A stretch of DNA of 64,000 nucleotides from Mytilus trossulus (lineage: Eukaryota), in assembly GCF_036588685.1 (NCBI RefSeq), contig NC_086373.1, forward strand, positions 90,706,001-90,770,000, written 5' to 3'. Below are positions 12,328 through 25,735 of this stretch, piece by piece. The translations under genes and the position numbers were made by a program. The notes beneath the pieces are model-generated. The model saw only the letters and a program-made list of their open reading frames with translations, did no database searches and was not told the DNA's origin. Within the stretch, counting starts at the first letter, position 1, and each line of letters opens with the position of its first letter.

Positions 12328-15300
12328 ATGGAGGAAACGAAACCTCTTTTAAAAGAACATGATAAATCAATCGGAAGTTTTGGTACTCAATTACGGGTAG
12401 TGGTTTATGTGATGATTTATGGTTGTGCATGTGAAACGTCAGGCCAAGCTGAACCACAGTATATATATGCGTATTTAAAAAGTGTTACAAATGCTACCGA
12501 CTTCAAAGCAGCTAATGATTCTCTACAAGCAACAAAGACATGTCTTCTCAACACAACATCAGCTTCTGATGACAATATACAAGGTTTAACATCAAATTGG
12601 TCGTGGTATATTTCTTTAGCACAGGCTGGATTTGCACTTCCGGTTTTAATGTTTGTAGGTCCAATGGCGGATAAAATTGGACGAAAACCTCTCATTCTTT
12701 GGAATGTTTTGTTAGTATGTATATCACTTGCTTTAAAAACATTAATTGTTTACATGAACTTTCATTTATACTACTATGTTATTGCTTGTGGAATTCTTGG
12801 TTTATCCGGAAATTTTTACGTTTTTCATTTAGCCAATATTGCAATTTTGGCAGATTGCACATCAGATGGTAAAGAAAGATCTTTCGTTCTTGTTATTTAT
12901 GAAGCACTTCTAGGACTCGGGATTGCCTGCTCTCAAGTAGGTACTGGATATTTGATACAACTTGTTGGTTTTTCTTACCCATATCTTATATCATCAGGAC
13001 TAATGCTCTCTCTACTAGTCTTAATCACCATTACTCTTAAAGATCCGTGGAAACCACAAGAAATTACCTCAACACTCCGTTTCCGCGAAATTCCAGGACA
13101 GCTGTTCACATTATGGAAATCGTCAAAACAAAATAGCAAACATTACATCAGATTTCTAATATTATATTTTGTTGTGTACTGTCTTTATTACTTGCCCATG
13201 AATGGTGCTTTCTCGATAAGAACAATTTATATCTTAGGCGAACCTTTTTGTTGGACTTCAGAACATATTGGATGGTACAACACTATAACCAATTGTACAG
13301 TATATATTTTCGGCGGTGTTGTGATCAAATGTCTACACGTATGCTGTGTTCGTCTAAAAGATGACGTGATTTCAATTTTTTGTATGCTATCTGGTGTAGC
13401 ATGTTTTGTTCTGTTCGGACTATCAAATGATGACTCAATGATTTATATAGGTAAGGTAATGAAAATATTACTTAAAGTTTGATGCGTCACAAATTATCTG
13501 AAGTTAACTCTGGAAGTTAAAACCTTAAAACTTCTCTTTAACTTTCTAGATAAAAAGTCAGGTCCTCAAAAGGTCTTATAAAAATATGATAAGATAACTT
13601 ATATTTATTTGTAAAAAGATATGATCATATTTTTTGGTAGAAACATTATAAAAAAGAAAAGATAACTTATAAAACATATAATAATATAATAATATATATC
13701 GATACGTTATATGAAACAAAAAGATATTATGTATACTTTTCATTTTAATATACTTCAACGAATACATAAGATATGTTACAATATATATAAATAAAATATA
13801 TGTTATAAAATCATTAATTATATATCACAATTATTCATTTGTTTTTTTATGGCTTAAAGAGAAGTGAAAAACTTTTTGCCTGATTTTGCATATATATACA
13901 GTACCAGTAATTAAATATTAAGTTAAGTTGATTTAATTTTTATCAACAGTTTATCAAGTGGATTTGACAAACAATTATTGAAATACTGAAACTATTCTAA
14001 TATTACACAATAAGAACAAATCGCGAGGACATTCTATGCATACAAATTTCAGTTTGTGGTTTCTAAATAACACATTCCTTCCAGAAGAACCCACACCGTT
14101 TTTCGCCCTTATATATAGCCATGACTTTTATCAGTAAATTGCAACCAAGTTTTATTGTTAAGCACAGAAAGTCAGTTTAGACAATACACGTGTTCACTCT
14201 GGTCACTTCAGTCTATTCATCATTGACTTTTTTAATTGACATTGCAATGGTTTTGTACAGTTGTATATGATTAAATTATAAAGAATTTGCCCCAAGATAT
14301 TATAGAAATGATAAAGTTCAAGAATATTTTTTCAGGAACAGCAGTTGGTATTCTGAGGTTTCTGCCAATATCTATGATTAAAGGTGTACTTTCTCGTTTA
14401 GTGAGTAAAGACAAGCAAGGTCAGTATAAGGATAATTGATTTCACATGTTGAATGATAAGCAATCAAATCCACAAAAAGGCTATGTATTGTATGATGAGA
14501 GTTTTCATATATCGGGTTTGTCATTTTAGGATTTATTAGCTTTTCAATTTTTAAATAAGTTTGGATTGCAAATCAGTTTGTTTCGAGCATCACTGATGAG
14601 ACATTTATCGTCGAAATACACATATGGTTCAGTAAAATTGGTATTGTAAATGTTATTTTGATAAAAATTGCTGGATAAATATACAATTCTACCTAATTCG
14701 GGACAAAGAGCATTGCTTCTGTATTCGTTCCCAGAAGATTGCTTCTGTATTCGTTACCAGAACACTGCTTCTGTATTCGTTACCTGAACATTGCTACTGT
14801 ATTCATAACAAAAACATTGCTTCGATGCTCCTTACTAGAACACTGTTTCTGTATTCGTTACCTAAACATTGCTTCTGTGTTCGTTACAAGAACATTGCTT
14901 CTCTATTCGTTACCAGAACATTGCATATGTGCTCGTTACCATAACATTGATTCTGTATTCGTTACCTGAACATTGCTTTGTTTACGTAACCAGACCATTG
15001 CTTCTGTATTCGGTACCAGAATATTGCCATTGTTTTCGTTATCAAAGCATTGATTCTGTATTCATTACCAGGGCATTGCCTCTGTATTCGTTAAAAGAAC
15101 ATTGCTTCTGCATTCGATACCATAACACTGCTTCTGTATTTGTTACCAGAACATTGCCTCTGTATTAGTTACCAGAACATTGATTCTGTATTCATTACTT
15201 GAACATTGCGTATGTGTTCGTTACCAGAAAACTGCTTCTGTACTCGTTACCTGAACATTGCTTCGTATACGTAACCAGACCATTGCTTCTGTATTCGGTA

Positions 15301-16752
15301 CCAGAACATTGCCATTGTATTCGTTATCAAAGCATTGATTCTGTATTCGTTACCAGGGCATTGCTTCTGTATTCGTTACCAGAACATTGCTTCTGTATTC
15401 GTTAAAAGAACATTTCTTCTGTTTTCGTTACCAGAACATTGCTTCTGTATTCGTTACCATAACATTACTTCTGTATTCTTTACCAGAACATTGCCTCTGT
15501 ATTCGTTATCAGAACATTACCTCTGTATTCGTTACCAGAACATTGCCTCTGTATTAGTTACCAGAACATTGATTCTGTATTCATTACTTGAACATTGCAA
15601 CTGTATTAGTTACCAGATCATTGATTCTGTATTCATTACTTGAACATTGCATCTGTATTAGTTACCAGAACATTGATTCTGTATTCATTACTTGAACATT
15701 GCGTATGTGTTCGTTACCAGAACACTGCTTCTGTACTCGTTACCAGAACTCTGTTTCTGTATTCGTTACCAGAACATTGTTTCGGTGTTCGTTTCCAGGG
15801 ATCATTTCCTGTTGTACATCACGGTAATTTTAGCAGACTTTCTTATATTTGAAAAAAAATAAGTGTACAGAGAAACTATCGATATTAAATTTGTGTAATT
15901 GTTTAAAGCTGCTAATTACGCTTTACCATCTCTGATTGATCTTCAACCACATAAATAATTCATGCTATACATTTCTATTTTCTTTAGGTGTATTATTTTC
16001 GAATGTATACCTACTGGAAGCTGTCTGTTCTCTTGGCGCTGCTACTTTGTTTAACAACATTTATAACCAGACCATGTCGATATACAACGGATTGGTATTT
16101 TTTGTTATGGCTGGTGTTTCAGCAGTTGCAGTATTTTTCCTAATGTAATTCTTTTAAACGACAAATCTATAATAAATGCTCAATACATTCCACACAAAAT
16201 ACGAGATATATACATCACAAATCAAATGCACGGTTCCTATTACATTGGTAATCAATCACATCATTCAAGCCGGTTTCACTTCAATAAAAAATGTAAAGAT
16301 GTCTATTTAACGCAGGATTCAAATAGATACACTAGCTGTCTGCAGTGTGCAATATTTCACTGAATTATGTTTTTAGTAATGGTTTGCTTATGAATCAGGT
16401 AAGTGTGCATCCTTTGGTTTCAAATATTTGGTTAAGGAGTTTACTTAAAACATATTGTAGTTAAAAAAATTTATGTACATGACATACACATATATATACA
16501 GTAGCACATTTAGTACAAAGAGATTCGGACACACGGTTTCCCTTATATTGATCCAGCTAGCTCCCTGATTTATGTAGTAGTTTATAATGAAGGTATTCAA
16601 ATAACCTTTTCGGAATCATCAGACTATTTTTCTTTCACTTCTTTTTGTATTTCAGGTTCATTTCCTGTACAAATACACAACATATACGTGATGAAATCCT
16701 TATAGAAAAGACTGCAATACAGAGCACAGAGAAAACAAAGATACTACAATAA
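12328..16752 (+). CDS. SLC46-family MFS transporter, paralogue 3 (~486 aa); exons 12328-13450, 14336-14419, 15988-16144, 16656-16752
   Basis: GPMADKIGRKP and EPFCWTSEHIGWY motifs; conserved exon sizes and phases; TAA at 16750-16752. Confidence 0.92.
14710..15800. repeat. 26-bp minisatellite (cattgcttctgtattcgttaccagaa), roughly 40 diverged copies, in intron 2 of paralogue 3
   Basis: Tandem periodicity is directly visible. Confidence 0.95.
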
Positions 16753-18662
16753 TTTTGATGAACAGAAGAGCACAATATATTTAAATCATGGTCGTACAAT
16801 TTACCGAAGATGCGTAACTCAGGGGCTACGGTCTTATTTGTTGTTGTTTTTGTAATGTTGTGCAATTTTATAATGTATCAATTTTTACAAAAATTTATAA
16901 TTAACCTTGTGCCAAAGATAAAAATCAATTTGTTTGTGTTACAGTAGAAATAAAGGAAGATATGGATATAATATTTGAAAAACACAGCTACTGAACGACA
17001 AAATACATTTAAGGAACGATAAAACCGTTAGTCGAAGAAAAACAGACAATACATATTTTCAAACAACTTTTGTTTAGTGTGTTATAAATTTATTGTGAAA
17101 ATAGCACTTACTTTTTGACGCACTCGTATTTGTTTGAAAAACAAACACATTTGAAATTAAGTTTTCAATCCACACAAAAACATTATCCTCCGCAATTGAC
17201 ATAATTTCAGATACATTTACAACGGATTATTTCAAGGAGTGGTATGACTGCCAATGACATAAATATCCATCAGAGTCAAATATCAATAATCAAAACAACA
17301 TTAATGCACTGGACGACCTACAACAATCAGCACACCCATGTAGTTTTGTGTAAGCTATGAAAGGTTCCAGATTTTTTAAAAATGTGAAACAATTCAAAAG
17401 AAAAAAATACTTCCCAAATCATGCACTTCGCAGATGGAATTTCTTTTAATTTCACGTGACATTGATCGGTTTTCAAATGAAATAAAAATGGTTTTCAAAT
17501 CATCAAAACAATAAAGACCTCAGTAAAGTATGCATTATCAATTTCTGGTTTCAAACTGTTCGATTGATATTAAACAGTTATACTACTTTCGAGTTCGAAG
17601 CATTTCCGCCAAAAAACTTTGGTTTTAGTGAACATCATTCGTGCGTTTAGGGGCATCGTCACTTCCGTTCCCATGTTGAGCGAGTGATTAGAAAACTATG
17701 ATGCTATATTGCTCGAGTTTTTCAGCAAATCAAATTCTAAAAATTGATTGACTGTTGGTTGCTTAACGTCCAGTGGCAAATATTTCATGCATATTCAGGA
17801 CGATTATCATAATTGACAATCAGCACTGCTGTCATTAGGGAACAGTGATTAAGTATCTATAGAACAGTGTACCCAGTTTATCATGCATAATGACGATCAC
17901 TAAAACGCTCGATGAACGTTAATAGTGCAGGGATAAAGGCGATCTAAGCTGGTTCCCGACTGACTACTACACTTTGTTCATATATGAGTATATGTACTGA
18001 TTCTATAAAAATTAAGGAGATGTTGCATAATTACCCACTATCAGCCGGGGTTTTAACGGACAAATCAGGAATTTGCTGTCCGGCTGTAGACAACTTCCAA
18101 GTGGAGACCAGGACAACTATACGACATTCTACAACGAAAGTAAACTTTGCAAGACAACATGTAGATCTTTTTGTGAATAAAAGAGCCAGAAAAGATTTTT
18201 TTTTTATTTCTTTAGTTCCAGAATTTAATCATAGAGTTCCCTTTCCGACCGAACGTGACTGTGTATGTATAAATCCCGCACAGTGAAACGAAAGCTCCCT
18301 AGTTTCCCAATGGTTTACGTGACATGTGGAGAAAAAACATGAACGATGATATTTCTACATACAATTTAAAAAAAAATGATAAGATGGAATTAAGTATTCA
18401 CGGTATTTGTCATCAATCTTAACAAGTTATCGATAATAAGACTGAGTCAGTAAAAAATCCTAAGCAAATCATAAATATGTAGAGTGACCTTTATTCCCTC
18501 AAATTTCTATAGATACATGTTTATCTCCACATGTAGTTATCTTTGTCAAAAATATAGGACATAATTGTCTGTAAGTGTATATGCACACAAATAAATGTAA
18601 ATAGAAATATTGATAAACAAACGTGTATTTTGTAATTGAACACATAATCTAAATAGATAAAT

Positions 18663-21600
18663 ATGGACGATGAAAAGGAAGGTCTATTGGCCAAGGATAA
18701 AACATATGAAAAGGAAGTTCCTTTGGTTAAAGAGAAATCATATACGGAATGTATGAGTACACGAATGAAAGTGATGATGTATGCATTAATTTACAACTGT
18801 GCGATTACTGTGACCACAACAATCGAACCACAATTTACATATTCATACATTAAACATCATAATTCTTTTAATGACACCAGTGATGAAACACAGAATAATT
18901 CTACTCAAAACTTTAAGACGTGTGAAGCCAATTCAACATCATCAGACGATCAACTACAACAATTAGCATCCGACTGGTCATGGTACATGCAAATAGCTGA
19001 AGCGGGAGTTTCATTTCCAATTGTAATGTTTTCAGGACCAATCGCTGATAAAATTGGACGAAAACCTGTTTTGATGTGGAATTTAGTTATAACACTCGTT
19101 TCATTTATTCTTAAAACAGTAATTGTGTATAGAAACATGAATTTATATTATTATACTATTGCATGCGGAATATTAGGGCTTGCAGGATCGTTTTATACAT
19201 ATCAAATAACAAACTTCGCTATTCTTGCAGATGTAACCTCAGAGGGTAAAGATAGATCTTTAATGATGACTGTATACGATGCTTTATCTGCTGTTGGTTC
19301 TGTTAGCTTTCAAATAGGCACTGGGTACTTAATACAACTAATAGGCTTTACAGATCCATATATAATAACTTCAGGCATGTTTCTGTTTCTTTGTGTTTTA
19401 GTACAGATAACACTAACCGATTCTTGGAAACCACCAGACAAGAAAACTAAGATGAAATGGCTTACTATTCCTTTCGAGTTATTTTCATTCTGCTTTAAGC
19501 CTGAAAATATGAGTAAACTAGTTAATATAACCAAATTCATCATTTATTTCTTGGCGTATTGCCTTTTTTATTTTCCACATTGTGTGGTTAGTGCAATAAG
19601 AACTATATTTCAGTTGGGAACCCCGTTTTGTTGGACATCTGAACATATTGGATGGTACGGAGCAGGATCTGACTTTGCCATGTTTATAGGTGGAACACTC
19701 ATGCTAAAGACATTTCATTCTTGTTGCGTCGGGTTGTCCGACCGAGTGATCGCAGTCTTTGGAATTATATCCTGCATGGCAACGTATATTGTGTATGGGC
19801 TATCGAAAAACCAATGGATATTATACGGGGGTAATATATGTTATTTAAGTTGTATTCGCTTCTCGACTATTTTTGTAATATTGACATAATTTAATAATTC
19901 TTTACAATCTAAATTTGAGAGACATAAAAGGAAAAGCTGAAGTTACCATGAATTGCTTATATCTTTTTATCGATATTAAAAAATCAAGCTTAATTGACAT
20001 TATTTCACCTTTCAGCAATAGGGACAGGAATTATTCGAGTTCTGCCAGTGTCTTTAATTAGAGCACTTTTGTCCGAGATGGTGCACAAAGACAAGCAAGG
20101 TTGGTGACCGAGAACTACTTTAGGCTTTTTTAGCATTATTTAATAAGCGGCCATTATTATTAAAAACTTTGGCAATGGAATACTACAATTATACATAACA
20201 GTCAAATATTGAATTTCGAGAAGAACTTTTAAAAAAAGAAGATGTGGTATGATTGCCAATGAGACAACTCCCCACAAGAGACCAAAATGACACAAAAACT
20301 AACAACTAAAGGTCACCGTACGAACGTCAACAATGAGCAAATCCCATAACTTGTAGTAAGCTATAAAAGGCCGCGAAATGACAATGCAAAACAATTCAAA
20401 CGAGAAAACTAACGACCTAATTTAGTAACAAAAAATGAACGAAAAACAAATATGTAACACATGAACACACGACAACCGCTGAATTTTCTAACGGCCGGGT
20501 ACTAGCCTTTTTCAACTGAATTTTACAGTTCGTTTTTATGTTTTACTGTTATACCACTGTTCCATGTTAGGATTGGGATCCCGGTAACATGTTTAACCCC
20601 GTCACATTATTTATGTATGTGCCTGTCCCCAAGTCAGGAACCTGTAATTCACTGGTTGTCGTTTGTTTATGTGTTACATATTTGTTTTTTGTTCATTTTT
20701 TTGTTACTAAATAACGCCGTTTGTTTTCTCGTTTGAATTGTCAGATTACATTGTCATATCGGGGCCTTTCATAGCTGACTATTCGGTATGAGCTTCGCTC
20801 ATTGTTGAAGGCCGTACGGTGACCTATAGTTGTTAATGTCTGTGTCATTTTGGTCTTTTGAGGACAGTTGTGTCATTGGCAATCATACCACATCTTCTTA
20901 TTTACATTAACTCATCGGATGGATAAAAATACAAAAACTACAAATACAAGTGGAGGTGGCCGGGTACTTGTACATCCCAACAACATAGAGACACAAAATA
21001 TAGATTTGAGAGTATACGCAGTTACTGATAGCTAGTTCAAAGCCACTAACAACTGATATAAAAAAGCATGCATCTAAGACTAAACCATCAATCAGTACAC
21101 AACCAACATCAAATGGATAAATCCGTTGCTCGAGAAAAAAATAACCCGATAATATATAACAAACAGCATGACGTGCACACACATTACAGATACAAGTAAA
21201 GTTAACTGTATTATATATAATATATATGTAACAAAATACAAAAACAATCTTCAACGAAACATTTTACTGAGATCTGTTTTGTAAGGATCGGACAATATAT
21301 CCACCAGGACACTAGACCCACTACACACGCATGTCCAATTAAAGCCGCTTACTAGCGAGTATGTACATCAGTTAAAAATAATTGTACGAAGTTTAGTATT
21401 ATTTTATTTTGTCACAGGAGTACTGTATTCCTCCATTCATGTGATGGAAACATTACTGAGAATAGGAGGAGCTAAACTGTTTAATATTTGTTTTTGTTAC
21501 AGGAGTACTGTATTCATCTATTCATGTGATGGAAACATTACTGAGAATAGGAGGAGCTAAACTGTTTAATATTTGTTTTTGTTACAGGAGTACTGTATTC

Positions 21601-22718
21601 ATCTATTCATGTGATGGAAACATTACTGAGAATAGGAGGAGCTAAACTGTTTAATATTTGTTTTTGTTACAGGAGTACTGTATTGCTCCATTCATGTGAT
21701 GGAAACATTACTGAGAATAGGAGGAGCCACACTGTTTAATATTTGTTTTTGTTACAGGAGTACTGTATTCATCTATTCATGTGATGGAAACATTACTGAG
21801 AATAGGAGGAGCTAAACTGTTTAATATTTGTTTTTGTTACAGGAGTACTGTATTCATCTATTCATGTGATGGAAACATTACTGAGAATAGGAGGAGCTAA
21901 ACTGTTTAATATTTGTTTTTGTTACAGGAGTACTGTATTCCTCCATTCATGTGATGGAAACATTACTGAGAATAGGAGGAGCTAAACTGTTTAATATTTG
22001 TTTTTGTTACAGGAGTACTGTATTCATCTATTCATGTGATGGAAACATTACTGAGAATAGGAGGAGCCACACTGTTCAACAACATCTATCACCATACTCT
22101 GTCATTATATAATGGATTTGTATTCTTCACTATGGCGGGCTTTGTCTTTGTTGCCTTCATTTTAATGATGTAAGTAATAAAAATCATACATTCTCTTCTT
22201 TGTCTGTTTGCTTGTTGCTTTTTTTGTTGGATTTTTAAAGTCCCTCTTCACATGCAATATGATCTCAATCTTTAGCAAAGCTCTATGCAAAAAATGCACA
22301 AATATGAATAGTTTCGATGTAGATTAACATCGTAAAAGATATATTTAGAATGAACCATATCTAGAAACCATTTTTTTTTATAGTTATGGACCGAACAACA
22401 GAAGACAAAAAAACTAAAAAAACAACAACCCCAAAACACACTCACACCAGCATCAGAAACGAAAACAAAGGTCGTAAATAAAATAATTTTATTTTCCAAG
22501 AAAAATTGTTTGATTTTTTATGAACAGTTTACTAAGTAATGCATGTACTTATACTGTGTGCTTAACTGGTATTTACTTTTCATTTCAGGTATGCGGTGTG
22601 CTTAAAAACGACCAAGAAAACCAATGAACTCATAATCGAAAAACCAGCTATCCAAGACGTGGACGGTATTGAAAAACCAGCCATCCAAGACGTGGACGGT
22701 AGAAAATCAAACGTCTAA
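18663..22718 (+). CDS. SLC46-family MFS transporter, paralogue 4 (~512 aa); exons 18663-19830, 20016-20099, 22013-22169, 22589-22718
   Basis: GPIADKIGRKP and TPFCWTSEHIGWY motifs. The full 157-nt exon 3 follows only the last of eight duplicated acceptors. TAA at 22716-22718. Confidence 0.88.
20236..20899. repeat. Inverted pair of dispersed SINE-like repeat family A (aagaagatgtggtatgattgccaatgagacaac...)
   Basis: Forward copy ~20236-20480 and reverse copy ending at 20899. Further copies at about 17240, 24210-24440, 25375-25465, 27657-28040, 33480-33850, 57845-58130 and 59480-59860. SINE identity is inferred. Confidence 0.75.
21400..22078 (+). repeat. 8 x 85-bp tandem repeat made of the 3' splice site plus the 5' part of exon 3 of paralogue 4
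   Basis: Exon-start copies at 21418, 21503, 21588, 21673, 21758, 21843, 21928 and 22013, each preceded by a T-rich tract and acag. Confidence 0.95.
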
Positions 22719-25700
22719 AACTGTTATAAAAAAAGACATGAACAAAGTATACAGATCTTATTCTTTTAAAGAGATATAAATAAGATGGTCATGAAATTGC
22801 ACTTCTTCTCGAATTTTTACAATTGAAATTCATTGCGTGATCTGCAACAATAATAACAAATTGAGTCTAATGTATGTGAGAAATATTGTCATCATTATCC
22901 GACTTCTCATTAATTGTCATTAGTTAATGTTACTATGTGACTTCCTCTTTATTAATATATTATAGGGTACTAACACTATTATTATGTATTAAAGCAATGT
23001 ATAAATGAGAAAGCAAATTACTTGTAGAACTATTGTCATTGTATCGTGAACGTATTGATAACAAACTTTGCAATAGGTTTTGGGTGATGAGTATTTACTA
23101 GAAGCAGGTCTGGTTATCTGAATGAATTTTGAAAGAAAATGTTCCAATATATTCATAGCCGGACCATCTAATATGCAACATCTTCTAATTCTTATATTTG
23201 GAAGTTCTTACCACTATTGAATTAAATGACATGTCTATTGCTATAATTTTATATGTTGATCTGTATATTTCTTTTGTTATTTATTTATGTAATTTAATTA
23301 CTGTCTCTACTAAGTATAACCCTGTCTTTAATTCTTATATTGACCATTGCAACATACAGTTGTTGTCTATTCGTTTTTGATGTGTTTTGTCATTTGATTT
23401 TAATCTCTTAGTATGAATGTCACAAACGTTAAATGTAGAAAAAAACAGAGGGTATAGTGAGTCCAAACAAAAAACATTCAGTGATTAGTTTTTTTAGAAA
23501 TAAGTTTCGTATTTGTTCGGATATGAATCGACAAGGATGACGTATTTGGTTTTGAAGAGAATGTATGAAACATATAGTACGCATCAGATCGATCTCAAAA
23601 CACTGGACACTTTTAATTTGCAAAACACTCATTTTGAAATCCACCGCCACCTCTCCTTAGAGTTATAGTGTCGTGTATATAGTTAAAATGTGCGGAATTA
23701 CATGGAAATCTGCTGTTTTTATTATATATATTTTGCAATTTGTTTTAGGAAAACATGACCGATTTTCAATATCCCATGGAACAGGGCAATGTTATTTGTT
23801 GTTGTAAATGCACTTGTTTGTTCTACAGCCTATGATATGTTAGGACTAAGGTATAATTGAATGTATCGACTTCGTGCAAAGTAAAGTTCCGTTAGCAATA
23901 GGTTTAGAAATCATGTTTCTGATTACAAGAAATGTTGTTTGAAAAAGAGTGAAAATCATGACACAAAGAATGATAGACAATGCTAAAATCAAAAGATTAA
24001 AGGTTAGAAAATTACCAATTGTCCACAAAAAACTCTTTCAAAACTACCAAACTGTGAGGATTAGATGCTTTGGGTGGATTATAAGTTCCCGTTGCACTTG
24101 TGTGAAGAAAAACTCTAAAAATATTGAAACCTCGTCAGTTATTTTAATTGTCTTCGCGTGATTTATATAAATAAACAGTAAAATAAGTGGAATATCGCCT
24201 TGAAATATGTGGTTATCGTTTGTTGCTTTATATCATGTTTTTTTTTACATATATTAGACCCCTTTTTTCAACTTGTTTCAAACATTTGTTTCTCTGAGGC
24301 TTTTAATATCCTGCCATGCAGTATGGGTTTTGCTCATTATTGAAAACCACTTACGATGACTTTAACCTATATTTGATAACTTCTTTCTCATTTGGTTTTG
24401 GTTGGAGAGTGGTCTCGTGTGCAATATAAATATCACATCTTACTATATTTATATTTGTCTTTGGACATAAATCTAGCTGTATCTCGATTCTGTGAAGCAA
24501 AAGAACAACCGTCTGTCAAAATAACTGATTAACTTGAAAATTCTCAAGTATTGAATATACAAATAAGTTTATTTTGTGAATTATGGGATAGCACATGATT
24601 TAAATTTATACACACAGATAGATAATCATATGGAACCGTCACTTTTTCAAGGCATGGATGTCATAACATATCTATGAAAATTGACAATAACATTATCTTT
24701 TAGGAAGCTTATATCAAATGATGATCAATATAACTTATACAAAAAAATCCCGTATATAAACGTCTTGAAATTAAACAAAGAGGAGGGGTAAAAAGTTTCA
24801 AACGAAAGTCAAAATAAAATCCACCAGAACCCCCTATCCCCCTACTCCACCAACCTCCACAAACGCATCTGAAAACACATTGGGCAGTAAGACCTTCTGT
24901 CGATACAAACTTTAGTGGGATTTATTTATTTACAGACATTGTATCATGTGTATAATATGAATATTTATACCCAACATTTAAATGTACCTCATAAACTTTT
25001 AAGATTTCGGGTACACTGCGTACATATTTATGTTATATAATAGTCATGTGAGCTCTATTAATACATTTATATGGAACAGTTTAGTGTATCATTTAACCTC
25101 ATATGATATACATGTATGAAACAGATAATTCCCACAAAGATATGCTGTATATCATTGTACATTATGTATTATCAAAATATCAACAATTCAGAGGCAAGAC
25201 CTTATACTGACCACGATGTATATATTTTTTAAACAAAAAAAAAATGATAATATGAATAGTTCAAAATGTCGTGTTATGTTTATGTGAAGATGGCTTATAT
25301 TTTAACAACAGAACGTTTTAAGCGTGTATTTGAAAATCAGAAATTATGGTAATCTAAAACATACACTCCGTGTTGAAGAAAGTACTTTGACCTATAATGG
25401 TTAACTTTTACAAATTGCGATTTGGATGGATAGTTGTCTCTTTAAACTCATACCACATCTTCTTATATGTATTAGTATATGCACCATACTATATCAGCTT
25501 TTTAAGAAATAATGTTTATTATAACATAAGACCTTTCCTTTTCCAAATAGAGTGTGTAAAACAAAGAGTTTTTTTATGAGGATAAACTAATTTTGTATAC
25601 CGTACGGTGATTGTTAAATTACATTGATTCATAATTGGTCAAACTTAATATTGCAGTATACAAACTAATTTTAATCATGGTTTTATCATAAATAGATTAT

Positions 25701-25735
25701 ACATATTTAATACATGTAACAGATGATCAAACGAA

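Noticed and set aside
12417-12695. Antisense ORFs overlapping transporter exons (also 2650-2913, 18950-19138, 19310-19543, 26392-26817, 36162-36743, 36768-36962, 53013-53204)
   Set aside because: Shadow frames of the + strand CDS, with no independent motifs.
14739-15852. Cys-containing repetitive ORFs (LLYSLPEHCFCIRY..) and similar ORFs at 30958-31152 and 38580-39270
   Set aside because: Translations of intronic minisatellites in shifting frames.
21400-22078. Regular repeats as a possible CRISPR array (also the 26-bp and 61-bp arrays)
   Set aside because: Head-to-tail units without unique spacers, no cas genes, and a eukaryotic intron context.
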